A stretch of DNA of 64,000 bases from Candidatus Nanopelagicales bacterium (GTDB lineage Bacteria; Actinomycetota; Actinomycetes; S36-B12; JBBQYX01): the NCBI GenBank assembly GCA_038208295.1, contig JBBQYX010000006.1, positions 15,437 through 79,436 on the forward strand, given 5' to 3'. Positions within the stretch are counted from its first letter, which is position 1; every line of letters starts with the position of its first letter. Shown one piece after another: positions 1 to 9,500 of this stretch. The position numbers were made by a program, and so were the translations under genes. Under the pieces are notes generated by a model that was not told the DNA's origin, ran no database searches, and saw only the letters and a program-made list of their open reading frames with translations.

Positions 1-289
1 ACCCCGTGGTCGACAATTCAAGATCCAACTCGACCACCAGCGCCCACTCGCGAAAACCGAGGCGCCAGGACCGCCCATTCGTGGCGATCAAGGCGGCGGC
101 GTACGGGGCTGAGCAACCACCAAAGCCCACTCGCGGTGATCTTGACGTCCGGACCTCCCACTCAGCGCGGAAGCGCGGCCACCAGGACCAGCCCGAACAG
201 AGCGACCAGAACCACGACGGTGATCCATCGGCGGGTTCGCGGGTCCACGGGGTCAGACCCTATGCCGCGACACGGACTACGGTCGCGGC

Positions 290-661
290 GTGCCGCATCA
301 TTCCGGACCGGATGACGAACCGCCCGCAGCCGAAAACGCAGTAGCGCCTGTCCCCGCACGGCCTGGCCTCGACGGGCACCGTCGCGACCGACACGGACCC
401 GACCCCGCTGTCACCGACCCGGAAGCGCTCCTTGAGGAGGTCCGGCCGCTGGACGTGGACGGCGTCGCGGCGGTGTCGGTGGGCACGGTCGGCTGGCTCA
501 TCGCGCTGGCGGTACTGCTCGTGTTCCGCTCGCGCCTGGCCGAGTCCGACGCACAGTGGTGGCTGTGGGTGTGCGGTGCCGGGGCGACGTTGGGGGTGCC
601 CGGCCTGTGGTATGTGCGGCGCCGCCGCCGGCACGCCGGTAGCGGCGCAGACTCGTCCTGA
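290..661 (+). CDS. DUF2530-like small membrane protein
   Basis: ORF 290..661. The C-terminal half has two hydrophobic helices (GTVGWLIALAVLLVF; WWLWVCGAGATLGVPGLWYV) followed by RRRRR. It sits next to DUF3027 and csp, as in many actinobacteria. The true start is probably downstream of 290. Confidence 0.5.
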   Translation: MPHHSGPDDEPPAAENAVAPVPARPGLDGHRRDRHGPDPAVTDPEALLEEVRPLDVDGVAAVSVGTVGWLIALAVLLVFRSRLAESDAQWWLWVCGAGATLGVPGLWYVRRRRRHAGSGADSS

Positions 662-716
662 CCGGCCCGCGCTGCTGACCCGCGTCAGGACTGAGTCAGG
701 AATGACTCGGCCCGTC

Positions 717-1592
717 TCAGGAGTGGCCCAGATCGAGCAGGTCGTAACCGACCTCGTCGACGACGTGGGCGCTGTCCGCGTCGCGCGGTTCGGTAGTTGC
801 CTCGGAGTGGGCGCCGCAGCCGTGGTCGAGGGAGACGACCTGGCCGTCGCCGGGCGACATCTCCTGGGCGCAGACCCCGAACGCCTGGCCCAAGGGCCCG
901 CCCAGAGTCAGCAGGAAGCCGCAACTGCCGCAGCGGGCCGGTGCCGACTTCGCGATCGGTGCGCTAGGGCCATGGTCGGAGGAATACCAGCGCTCGAAGG
1001 CTTCGTCGCGGCCCTCGGCGGACAGCACCCGTACACGGCCCAGCCCGAGCTCCCACTGAGGCGGCCACAACGCACCCTCCTCATCGGCATCCGCGGTGTA
1101 GCCGGGCGCCAGTCGAGGGTCATCCACCGGCGTGAGCAGTACGTCGCCGACCCCAAGATCGCCCGGCTGGACCCGTTCGTGCCACGGCACCCAGGCGGGG
1201 GCGAGCAAGCTGTCCGGGCCGGGGATGAGAACGACCTCATCCACCGTGACCGTCTTCCCCCGGGACGCCCGGGCGACCGTAACCGCCCAGCGCCAACCGA
1301 CATAGCCAGGGGAACGGCACTCGAAGGCATGGGTGACCAGTCGCTCACCGTCGGCGAAGACCTCCAGGTTCGCACCGACCGCGCCGACCGGCGCCTCCGA
1401 CTCGGCGGCAGCGCGGGCCAACTCGACGGCCTGGGCGCAGGCAGCGTCCAAGGTCACCCTGCGGGTGCGAGGGGCGGGGGCACGCGCGGTCAGCGTGGCG
1501 GCAGGCTCAGACACGGTCACCGGGAGATTGTCGCGCACTCCCCAGGTCGGCACGTGCAGACCGGGCCGGTAACCTGCCCACATAGCCTGCAC
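717..1592 (-). CDS. DUF3027 domain protein
   Basis: ORF 717..1592. C-terminal Cys cluster (ARCGSCGFLL...FGVCAQE...DHGCGAHSE) and overall layout are typical of the actinobacterial DUF3027 family found beside cold-shock genes. Confidence 0.8.
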   Translation of the reverse strand: MQAMWAGYRPGLHVPTWGVRDNLPVTVSEPAATLTARAPAPRTRRVTLDAACAQAVELARAAAESEAPVGAVGANLEVFADGERLVTHAFECRSPGYVGWRWAVTVARASRGKTVTVDEVVLIPGPDSLLAPAWVPWHERVQPGDLGVGDVLLTPVDDPRLAPGYTADADEEGALWPPQWELGLGRVRVLSAEGRDEAFERWYSSDHGPSAPIAKSAPARCGSCGFLLTLGGPLGQAFGVCAQEMSPGDGQVVSLDHGCGAHSEATTEPRDADSAHVVDEVGYDLLDLGHS

Positions 1593-1709
1593 TGGTGTCC
1601 GGACAACCCGCGCTGGTGCCCGTCGGAGCCTTCGATGCCGCTGCGGGATGTCGCGACCGTTCGACCACCACTGTTCCTGCCGTTGCTTGCTGGTGAATCA
1701 GGAGTCCCT

Positions 1710-2171
1710 ATGACCCGCGCCCGCCACCTGGCCGCCGCCGCCGCCGTCGCCGTCGTGGCGTTCGGCTTGAGCGGCTGCGAGAAGCCCGGTCCCCTGGTGT
1801 CGGTGTGGTCCGGGACGTCGTCGGTCCACCAGGAGGCCCTGTGCTGGGAGTTCAACGGCGACAACCTGGCACCGGGCGCGTGCGCGGCGGACATCTTGTC
1901 CGGTACGGCGGGCACTGCCCCGACGCTGCGGGTGACGGCAGGCTCGACGGTCGGCATCAGCGTGGACACCACCGTGGCCGATGTTGGCTGGACCCCCGTG
2001 ATCGGTGGCCAGAAACTCACCACCACGCCGATCAACGAGACCTACTACCGGTTCACGTTCCCCCAGGTCGAGGTGCCCGCCGAAGGCTATCGGCTGCAGA
2101 TCGTCGCGGGGCGGGACACCAAGACCCGAGGCATCTGGTCGTTCAAACTGGTGTCTGCCCGCGCGTCCTGA
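1710..2171 (+). CDS. Secreted lipoprotein (DUF2771-like)
   Basis: In-frame ATG at 1710 within the artefactual long ORF 432..2171, with GGAG at 1701-1704. Signal peptide plus lipobox: MTRARHLAAAAAVAVVAFGLSGC. Confidence 0.7.
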   Translation: MTRARHLAAAAAVAVVAFGLSGCEKPGPLVSVWSGTSSVHQEALCWEFNGDNLAPGACAADILSGTAGTAPTLRVTAGSTVGISVDTTVADVGWTPVIGGQKLTTTPINETYYRFTFPQVEVPAEGYRLQIVAGRDTKTRGIWSFKLVSARAS

Positions 2172-2202
2172 CGATCGTCGTGCGTACGCCCGTACGCGAC
2201 CC

Positions 2203-2586
2203 TCAGACGTCCAGGTCGTCGGCGACAGCCCGCAGCAAGGCTGCGACCTTCTTGCCGCTGCGGTCCTCTGGGTAACGCCCGCGGCGCAACTGGTTGGACA
2301 GCCCATCGAGCAACTTGATGACGTCCTCGATGATCACGGCCATGTCGTCGGCCGGTTTGCGCTGCGCCTTCACCACTGAAGGCGCCGGCTCCAACAACGC
2401 CACCGACAGGGCCTGCTTACCGCGTTTGCCGTCGACGATGCCGAACTCAATCCGGGCGCCGGGCTTCAGCGCAGTAATTCCCGCTGGCAGCGTGGAGGCA
2501 TGCACGAAGACGTCCTCGCCGTCATCAGACGCCACGAAGCCGAAACCCTTGTCGACGTCGTACCACTTCACCTTGCCGGTGGGCAC
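2203..2586 (-). CDS. Cold-shock domain protein with C-terminal extension (CspB-like long form)
   Basis: GKVKWYDVDKGFGFV and DVFVH RNP motifs. The likely start is the GTG at 2586 just before PTGKVKWY; the ORF track extends to 2646. Confidence 0.85.
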   Translation of the reverse strand: MPTGKVKWYDVDKGFGFVASDDGEDVFVHASTLPAGITALKPGARIEFGIVDGKRGKQALSVALLEPAPSVVKAQRKPADDMAVIIEDVIKLLDGLSNQLRRGRYPEDRSGKKVAALLRAVADDLDV

Positions 2587-2711
2587 GGCACACCCCTTCA
2601 GCTGACAACACGAACGAGCACGGATTGCGCCATGAGTGGGGCGCAATGCCGACAGGCTACGGCTCGCCTTGCCGAGACCCTAACCGGAGGCGGGGAACTA
2701 CTGTGCTGGCC

Positions 2712-2996
2712 ATGAACGCCAGCAGCAACCGCGTTTCCGGCCCGGCCCCCCACGCCGCGCATGTACCCGGCGACCGGCTGATGCGCGCCGGGCTGGTCAC
2801 GACCACCGTTGGCCTGATGTTCCTGCTGATCGCCATCGTGCCGCTCGTCGTCCCGTCGGTGACCTTGCCAAGCGTCTTCTGGGGCCTGTCGATGATCACC
2901 GGGGTGGGGTTGGCGATGGTCCTGGTCGGCCTGTGGCAGGCGGCCCGGGGACGGGGCCGCCGGGCCGCGGCTGCGGTGGGCCAACGCCCGAGCTGA
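2712..2996 (+). CDS. Small two-TM membrane protein, unknown function
   Basis: In-frame ATG at 2712 of ORF 2625..2996. Two hydrophobic helices (LVTTTVGLMFLLIAIVPLVV; VFWGLSMITGVGLAMVLVGLW). No recognisable family. Confidence 0.45.
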   Translation: MNASSNRVSGPAPHAAHVPGDRLMRAGLVTTTVGLMFLLIAIVPLVVPSVTLPSVFWGLSMITGVGLAMVLVGLWQAARGRGRRAAAAVGQRPS

Positions 2997-3017
2997 GCCC
3001 GTACAGGCACCCCGGAG

Positions 3018-4454
3018 TCAGCCCAGAGCCTCGTTCAAGGACCCGGACCGGAATCCCTGCGGGTCAATCTCGACCCGGGCGAAGCCGGCCGCCCGAACGC
3101 TGTCAGTCGCGGCCGGCAGCGCCGCGACGGCGGCCACTACCGTCGCGTCGACCTCGATGCGGGCGAGGTCGCCGAGGTCGCGGACCCGCAGGTTGACGAC
3201 GGGGATGTCGGCCTGGTGCATGGCGGCCCGCAATGCCGCTTCGGCACGGTCGACACGGGCCAGCACCGCCGGGGTGATGTGCAGCCCGTACGCGATCCGG
3301 CTGGACAGGCAGGCCGCCTGCGGCTTGTCCCAGGTGGGCAGGTCCCAGGCCCGGGACGCGGTCCTGATCTGCGCCTTGGTCAGCCCGGCGTCGGCCAGGG
3401 GCGTCCGGGCGCCCCGTTCGGACGCGGCCTGGATACCGGGTCGGAACTCGGCGAGCAGATCGTCGGCGTTCGTGCCCGTCGCGACGCACGCGACACCCAG
3501 CTCCGCCGCCAGTGGCACCAGCACGTCGAGCAGTTCACTCTTGCAGTGGTAACAGCGGTCCGACCCGTTGGCTCGGTAGCCTTCGCGACCCATTTCGTCG
3601 GTGAACGGCTGCAGATGCCGGACTCCCAGCCCGGCGGCGAAATGCGCGGCCTCGGTCAGTTCACCCTCGGCAAGCGATGCGGACACCGCGGTGGCGGCGA
3701 TGACGCGATCTGGCCCGAGGGCTCGAGCGGCAGCCGCGAGCAGGAAGGCCGAGTCGGCGCCACCACTGAACGCCACCAGCACTGAGCCGTACGCGGTGAG
3801 CCGGTCGGCGAGATCGGCAAGACGCCGGTCGAGCATCCGGTCAGGCATCCGGTCGTGCATCCAGGAGTCCAACCACTCGGGGAAGCCGGCAAGGTCGGGT
3901 AGGACCAGGTCGGCATCGGCGAGTTCGGCGATCGGCGTGGGTCCGGTGGCGACACCGACGGCCACAACGCCCGCTGAGCGCGCCGCCGCGACGTCAGCGT
4001 GGTGATCGCCTATGTAGATCGCCACCCCCTGCTCCCGCAGGGCTGCGGCCTTACCCGCGGCGAACCGTTCCCCGACGACCTCGTCCACCGCCAGACCGAC
4101 CACGTCCAGGACCGCCTGCGCATGTCCGGCCCGCTTGGCAGTGATCACCACCACCCGGGCACCATGCGCGCGGGCCGCCGCTACCGCTTCGGCCGCGTGC
4201 GGCAGCAGCCGGGAGTGGGGAGTGACGTGCTCGGAGTAGTGCGCCCGGTAGGCGGCTAGGGCGTCCGCGTACGGCACCTGCGGCAACCACCGGGGGAAGA
4301 CCTGGTCCAGCGGCAGCCCGACCGTGGCGTGCACGTCGCCCGGGTCCGGCTGGACCCCGTGCGCCGCGCACACGGCTGCGATGGTCGCGACGATCCCGTC
4401 GGCGGAGTCGACCAACGTCATGTCAAGGTCGAAACCGACGACCAAGTCGCTCAT
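3018..4454 (-). CDS. HAD-family phosphatase fused in frame to LarE-type PP-loop ATP-dependent sulfur transferase
   Basis: Last 478 codons of ORF 3018..6104, starting at the ATG at 4454. The N-terminal part has HAD motif I FDLDMTLVDS and GDHHADV. The C-terminal part has the SGGADS PP-loop, CYHC and AACLSSR (LarE-like). There is no stop between the two domains. Internal ATGs at 3860, 3848 and 3836 could also give a stand-alone LarE. Confidence 0.8.
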   Translation of the reverse strand: MSDLVVGFDLDMTLVDSADGIVATIAAVCAAHGVQPDPGDVHATVGLPLDQVFPRWLPQVPYADALAAYRAHYSEHVTPHSRLLPHAAEAVAAARAHGARVVVITAKRAGHAQAVLDVVGLAVDEVVGERFAAGKAAALREQGVAIYIGDHHADVAAARSAGVVAVGVATGPTPIAELADADLVLPDLAGFPEWLDSWMHDRMPDRMLDRRLADLADRLTAYGSVLVAFSGGADSAFLLAAAARALGPDRVIAATAVSASLAEGELTEAAHFAAGLGVRHLQPFTDEMGREGYRANGSDRCYHCKSELLDVLVPLAAELGVACVATGTNADDLLAEFRPGIQAASERGARTPLADAGLTKAQIRTASRAWDLPTWDKPQAACLSSRIAYGLHITPAVLARVDRAEAALRAAMHQADIPVVNLRVRDLGDLARIEVDATVVAAVAALPAATDSVRAAGFARVEIDPQGFRSGSLNEALG

Positions 4455-4521
4455 GCCGGGCAGCGTACGTCGCAGCGCCGCCATCGTGCTGCCTGGCAGC
4501 CGACCGCGTAGCGTTACCCGG

Positions 4522-6915
4522 ATGGCCATGCAGCGACCCCACCGGGGGCAGGGGGCGACCCCCGCGGTACCGGCCATACCGCCGCGCAGCCTGGCCGAAG
4601 ACCTGCGTACCCGCTCTGCCGATGCGCTCCGGGAGTTGCTGCAGGCCCGCCCCGACCTACTGCACCCCATGCCCCCGGACCTGGGCCAGCTGGCGGCTCG
4701 GGCCGCTACCGGGGCTTCTACGGCCCGAGCGATGGACGCGCTGGACTCATTGGCGCTGCAGGTCCTGGAGGTTTTGGCCGCGGCCGCCGGGCCGGTCAGC
4801 ATCGCAGCGGTACTCAGCGCGTTCGGTGCGGACGAGGAGGCCGGCAATGGTGATCCCGTTCCGCCTGCATCCGACCTCCCCGAGGCAATCACTGAGCGAG
4901 TGGACCTGCTGCGCCGATTGGCGTTGGCGTGGGGACCGACCCAGGCGATGCAGGCGGTCCGGCCCGTACGCGAGATGTTTGGGCCGTTCCCCTGCGGCCT
5001 GGCACCCAGCACGCTGACAACCCATCGCGTCGCCCGGTACGTGGACGATCCGGAGCAGTTGGCACAGGTGCTCGCCGACGCGCCGGAGCAGGCGTTGGGA
5101 GCCCTGGACCGCCTCGCCTGGGGGCCACCTGGTGGCCAGGTCAGCGACGCCCGCCGCCTCGTGAGCCGCAGCAGCGCAGCGACTGCGGTGGAGTGGCTGC
5201 TCGCTCGAGACCTGCTGATTCCGACCGACGACACGACAGTGGTCATCCCCCGCGTGGTGGCGCTGGCCCGGCGGGCAGGCCGCTGGATCACCGCTCCCGC
5301 CTGGCCGGGCCCGGCTGCCGGTCGTCCCCCCAGTCTGCCCAGCACCCGGGTCGAGGCCACCGCGGGAGCGGCGGCGGCTGACTTCGTCCGAGCGGTCACG
5401 GACCTGCTGGAGGCCTGGTCGGTGCAGCCGCCCGCCGTCCTGCGCGGTGGCGGGGTGTCGCTGCGTGACCTGTCCGCCGCGGCCCGACTGGTCGATGCCG
5501 ACGAGCCGACCGCGGCGGCCGTGATCGAGACCGCCCACGCCGCTGGTCTGCTGGTCGGGGACGGGGAGGTGGCCGAGACCTGGCTGCCCAGCCTGGCGTA
5601 CGACGCCTGGTTGACCCGGCCCGTGGCGGAGCAGTGGGCCACACTCGCGCTGGCCTGGATGCAGACATCCCGGCTGCCCGGCCTGGCCGGGACCCGGGAC
5701 GAGCGCGGCTCCCGGCGCAACGCCTTGGCGCCCGAATCGGTTGCCGGGACGGCCGCCGCGGTGCGCGCCGAGGTCCTGGCGGTGCTGGCCGACCTACCCC
5801 CGGGGCTGCCGGGCGATCCGGACGGGGTACGCGCCGCGCTGGGCTGGCGACGCCCGAGGCTCGGCGGTCCCGCCCGAGACCAGCAGGGGGCCTGGGTGCT
5901 GGCCGAGGCGGAGATCCTCGGTGTGACCGCTGCCGGTGCCTTGTCCGCGCCGGGCCGGGCTCTGGTCGCAGTTGGCCCCCCGCAGCGTTCCGCCATCGCC
6001 GCTGCCCTCGCGCCGCACCTCCCCACGCCGCTGGACCACGTCCTGCTGCAGGCGGACCTCACCGCGGTGGCCCCCGGTCCGCTGGAACCTGCCCTAGCTC
6101 GCACACTGACGCTGCTGGCCGATGTGGAGTCGACCGGCGGGGCGACGGTGCTGCGGTTCAGCGAGTCTTCGCTGCGCCGAGGGCTGGACGCCGGCCAAAC
6201 CGCCGAGCAGATTCTCGCTCTGCTCGAACGGCATTCCCGTACGCCGGTCCCTCAGCCACTGCGCTACCTGGTCAGCGATGTCGCCCGCCGCCATGGCGGC
6301 ATCCGGGTCGGCCTCGCCGGTTCCTATATTCGCAGCGACGACGAGCCGGCGCTGCGCGAACTGCTCGTCGACCGCCGCCTGCGCGGCCTGGGCCTGATCC
6401 GGCTGGCCCCGACCGTCCTCGCCGCGACCGCGAGCACCGATGAGGTGCTGCGGGCACTGCGGACGGCCGGGCGGGCGCCGGTCGCGGAGGCTCCCGACGG
6501 CACCGTCCTGATCCGCCGCCCGGACTCCCGCCGGGCGGCGACGCGGCCGAGTGCGCCACTGCTGGCTGGCCCGTTCCCGGTGCCGCCGGACCGGGTGCTC
6601 GACGCGGCCGTACGGGCATTGCTGGCCGCCGAGCGGGACCGGTCGCCCGGCGAGGGCACCGACGAACCCGGCCCGGGTGCCGCCCTGCCCCGGGGCACGG
6701 CACGGGAGACGATGGTGGCGCTGCGGGCGGCCATCGCCGCGGGTGCCGCCGTTCGCATCGGGTACGCGGACGAGACCGGCGCGGCCGCGGTCCGGCTGGT
6801 GGAGCCACTGGGACTACAGGGCGGCCACCTGACCGCGTATGACCACCGGGCTCAGCGCGTCACCACCTTCGCCGTCTCCCGGGTGACCGGCATCGCGCCG
6901 GCAGGCGGGTCATGA
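4522..6915 (+). CDS. XPB-associated large protein (helicase-associated / Rv0862c-like) with WYL-like C-terminus
   Basis: In-frame ATG at 4522 of ORF 4324..6915. It lies immediately upstream of XPB, like the mycobacterial Rv0862c-Rv0861c pair as I recall it. The C-terminus VRIGYADETG..RLVEP..LTAYDHRAQRVTTFAVSRV resembles a WYL-type barrel. Confidence 0.75.
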   Translation: MAMQRPHRGQGATPAVPAIPPRSLAEDLRTRSADALRELLQARPDLLHPMPPDLGQLAARAATGASTARAMDALDSLALQVLEVLAAAAGPVSIAAVLSAFGADEEAGNGDPVPPASDLPEAITERVDLLRRLALAWGPTQAMQAVRPVREMFGPFPCGLAPSTLTTHRVARYVDDPEQLAQVLADAPEQALGALDRLAWGPPGGQVSDARRLVSRSSAATAVEWLLARDLLIPTDDTTVVIPRVVALARRAGRWITAPAWPGPAAGRPPSLPSTRVEATAGAAAADFVRAVTDLLEAWSVQPPAVLRGGGVSLRDLSAAARLVDADEPTAAAVIETAHAAGLLVGDGEVAETWLPSLAYDAWLTRPVAEQWATLALAWMQTSRLPGLAGTRDERGSRRNALAPESVAGTAAAVRAEVLAVLADLPPGLPGDPDGVRAALGWRRPRLGGPARDQQGAWVLAEAEILGVTAAGALSAPGRALVAVGPPQRSAIAAALAPHLPTPLDHVLLQADLTAVAPGPLEPALARTLTLLADVESTGGATVLRFSESSLRRGLDAGQTAEQILALLERHSRTPVPQPLRYLVSDVARRHGGIRVGLAGSYIRSDDEPALRELLVDRRLRGLGLIRLAPTVLAATASTDEVLRALRTAGRAPVAEAPDGTVLIRRPDSRRAATRPSAPLLAGPFPVPPDRVLDAAVRALLAAERDRSPGEGTDEPGPGAALPRGTARETMVALRAAIAAGAAVRIGYADETGAAAVRLVEPLGLQGGHLTAYDHRAQRVTTFAVSRVTGIAPAGGS

Positions 6916-7003
6916 CATCGCGCCGGCAGGCGGGTCATGAGCTCAGACCGCAGCTCACCCGCCATGGTTCGTCCCAGCACCCGCACCGAGGGACAATGAG
7001 CGG

Positions 7004-8659
7004 ATGACCGATGGCCCCCTGATCGTCCAGAGCGACAAGACCCTGCTGCTGGAGGTCGATCACGAAGCGGCCGAGGACTGCCGCCGGGCGATCGCGCCGT
7101 TCGCCGAGCTGGAGCGGGCCCCCGAACACATCCATACCTACCGGCTGACGCCGCTGGGCCTGTGGAACGCCCGGGCCGCCGGGCATGATGCCGAACAGGT
7201 CGTCGACATCCTGCTGTCGTACTCGCGCTATCCCGTACCGCATGCGCTGCTGGTCGATGTCGCCGACACGATGGGCCGCTATGGCCGGCTGCAACTGCAG
7301 AACGACCCCGCACACGGCCTGACCCTGCATGCCCACGACCGGGCCGTGCTCGAAGAAGTGTTGCGCAGCAAGAAGATCCAGCCGCTGGTCGGCGCGCGGG
7401 TGGATCCCGACACCGTCGTCGTGCACCCCAGTGAGCGTGGCCACCTCAAGCAGGTGCTGCTGCGGCTCGGCTGGCCGGCTGAAGACCTCGCCGGCTATGT
7501 CGACGGGGAGGCACATCACATCGAGCTGGTCGAGGACGGCTGGTCGCTGCGCGACTATCAGCGGCAAGCGGCCGAGGGCTTCTGGCACGGCGGCAGCGGC
7601 GTGGTAGTGCTGCCCTGCGGTGCGGGAAAGACCCTGGTCGGCGCAGCGGCGATGGCGCTGGCGAAAGCGACCACGCTGATCCTGGTCACCAACACCGTCT
7701 CGGCCCGGCAGTGGAAGTCCGAACTGCTACGGCGGACCAGCCTGACCGAGGACGAGATCGGGGAGTATTCCGGCGCCCGCAAGGAGATCCGGCCAGTCAC
7801 GATCGCGACGTATCAAGTCATGACGACCAAGCGGAAGGGCGTCTACGCCCACCTAGAGCTGTTCGACGCTCGCGACTGGGGACTGATCCTGTACGACGAG
7901 GTGCACCTGCTGCCCGCGCCGATCTTCCGGTTCACCGCCGATATCCAGGCCCGTCGCCGGCTGGGGCTGACCGCGACCCTGGTTCGGGAGGACGGCCACG
8001 AGGCCGAGGTGTTCAGCCTCATCGGTCCCAAGCGGTTCGACGCGCCCTGGCGGGAGATCGAGGCACAAGGCTGGATCGCCCCAGCCGATTGTGTCGAGGT
8101 CCGGGTGGCCCTGACCGAGTCCGAGCGGCTGGCGTACGCCGTGGCCGAGCCGGAGGAGCGTTACCGGCTGGCCGCCTCCTCCGCGGTGAAGAACAAGGTG
8201 GTCGAGCGGCTGGTCGCGCGGCACGCCGACGACCATGTGCTGGTGATCGGGCAGTACCTCGACCAGCTCGACGAGCTCGGTGAGCACCTGCAGGCCCCGG
8301 TGATCACCGGGCAGACGACGGTACGGGAACGGGAACGGCTCTTCGAGTCGTTCCGGTCCGGCGAGACCCGGCTGCTCGTGGTCAGTAAGGTCGCCAACTT
8401 CTCCGTGGACCTGCCCGAGGCGGGCGTCGCGGTCCAGGTGTCGGGCACCTTCGGGTCCCGCCAGGAGGAGGCGCAGCGGCTCGGCCGGGTGCTGCGGCCG
8501 AAGGGCGACAAGCGCACCGCGCACTTCTATACCGTCGTCGCGCGGGACACCGTCGATGCGGAGTTTGCCGCGCACCGGCAACGGTTCCTCACCGAGCAGG
8601 GCTACGCCTACCGAATCGTGGACGCCGATGACGTGCTGGACGAGGCCAACCCCGGCTGA
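7004..8659 (+). CDS. xpb: XPB/Ercc3-type DNA repair helicase (SF2)
   Basis: N-terminal damage-recognition-like domain (PLIVQSDKTLLLEV...HTYRLTPLGLWNA), Walker A PCGAGKT, DEVH box, TATLVRED, and a C-terminal helicase domain. Confidence 0.93.
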   Translation: MTDGPLIVQSDKTLLLEVDHEAAEDCRRAIAPFAELERAPEHIHTYRLTPLGLWNARAAGHDAEQVVDILLSYSRYPVPHALLVDVADTMGRYGRLQLQNDPAHGLTLHAHDRAVLEEVLRSKKIQPLVGARVDPDTVVVHPSERGHLKQVLLRLGWPAEDLAGYVDGEAHHIELVEDGWSLRDYQRQAAEGFWHGGSGVVVLPCGAGKTLVGAAAMALAKATTLILVTNTVSARQWKSELLRRTSLTEDEIGEYSGARKEIRPVTIATYQVMTTKRKGVYAHLELFDARDWGLILYDEVHLLPAPIFRFTADIQARRRLGLTATLVREDGHEAEVFSLIGPKRFDAPWREIEAQGWIAPADCVEVRVALTESERLAYAVAEPEERYRLAASSAVKNKVVERLVARHADDHVLVIGQYLDQLDELGEHLQAPVITGQTTVRERERLFESFRSGETRLLVVSKVANFSVDLPEAGVAVQVSGTFGSRQEEAQRLGRVLRPKGDKRTAHFYTVVARDTVDAEFAAHRQRFLTEQGYAYRIVDADDVLDEANPG

Positions 8660-8685
8660 GCGACCCGCGCGGGCGAGCGGTCGGC

Positions 8686-9468
8686 TCAGCCGAAGCGGCC
8701 GGAGACGTAGTCCTCAGTGGACTTTTCGCTGGGGTTGGAGAAGATCTTGTCGGTCGGGCCCATCTCGACCAACCGGCCCGGCTGACCCACCCCGGCCAGG
8801 TTGAAGAAGCCGGTTGTGTCGCTGACCCGGCCGGCCTGCTGCATGTTGTGCGTCACGATGACGATCGTGTAGTTGTCCTTCAACTGCTCGATCAGGTCCT
8901 CGATGGCTAGCGTGGAGATCGGGTCCAGCGCCGAGCACGGCTCGTCCATCAGGAGCACCTCCGGCTCCACCGCGATCGCCCGGGCGATGCACAGCCGCTG
9001 CTGCTGACCACCGGACAGTCCCGAGCCGGGCCGTGGCAGCCGGTGCTTGACCTCTTCCCACAGGTTCGCCGAGCGCAGCGACTTCTCCACCACGTCATCG
9101 AGGTCGGACTTCTTCAGCTTGCGCGACGACTCCAGCTTCAGGCCGGCGATGACGTTGTCGTAAATGGACATCGTGGGGAACGGGTTGGGCCGCTGGAAGA
9201 CCATGCCGATGGTGCGCCGTACATTCACGGGGTCGACGTCGGAGGCATAGATGTCCTCGCCGTCGAGGAGGACCTTGCCCTTGGCGTAGGCACCGGGGAT
9301 CACCTCGTGCATGCGGTTCAGCGTCCGCAGCACGGTGGACTTGCCGCACCCGGACGGGCCGATGAAGGCCGTCACTGAGCGGGGTTCCACGGAGAGGTTG
9401 ACGCCCTCGACCGCGAGGAACTTGCTGTAGTAGATGTCGAGGTCGACGATGTCGATGCGCTTGGCCAT
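8686..9468 (-). CDS. pstB: Phosphate ABC transporter ATP-binding protein PstB
   Basis: ATG at 9468 ([14 protein letters not shown]). [33 protein letters not shown] and the C-terminal [10 protein letters not shown] typical of PstB. Confidence 0.95.
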   Translation of the reverse strand: MAKRIDIVDLDIYYSKFLAVEGVNLSVEPRSVTAFIGPSGCGKSTVLRTLNRMHEVIPGAYAKGKVLLDGEDIYASDVDPVNVRRTIGMVFQRPNPFPTMSIYDNVIAGLKLESSRKLKKSDLDDVVEKSLRSANLWEEVKHRLPRPGSGLSGGQQQRLCIARAIAVEPEVLLMDEPCSALDPISTLAIEDLIEQLKDNYTIVIVTHNMQQAGRVSDTTGFFNLAGVGQPGRLVEMGPTDKIFSNPSEKSTEDYVSGRFG

Positions 9469-9500
9469 GGCCTGTCCTGAGGTGTCGGGGGCGAGAGGAG

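Noticed and set aside
126-141. 16-nt identity cccactcgcggtgatc shared with 61736-61751, plus an 18/19 inverted match of ~15-35 with 61677-61695; considered as a dispersed intergenic element
   Set aside because: My rough estimate is that several exact 16-mers are expected by chance in 64 kb of 70% GC sequence on both strands. The two matches are also in inconsistent relative orientation. It is worth a genome-wide k-mer count but is not supportable from this window.
162-248. Possible 28-aa single-TM micro-protein (VDPRTRRWITVVVLVALFGLVLVAALPR) on the minus strand, and the 112-aa ORF 6..344
   Set aside because: No RBS or conservation evidence is available, and this is the window-edge region. 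Hydrophobic stretches arise easily in this composition. Left uncalled.
432-2171. 579-aa ORF spanning the DUF3027 gene antisense region
   Set aside because: Only the last 153 codons (from the ATG at 1710, signal peptide plus lipobox) look like a protein. The upstream part is Arg/Ala/Gly-rich antisense read-through of 717..1592, typical of 70% GC DNA.
4455-6104. N-terminal 550 aa of the 1028-aa ORF 3018..6104
   Set aside because: It is antisense to the XPB-associated gene (4522..6915) and has Arg/Ala/Ser/Pro low-complexity composition with no motifs. The real gene starts at 4454.
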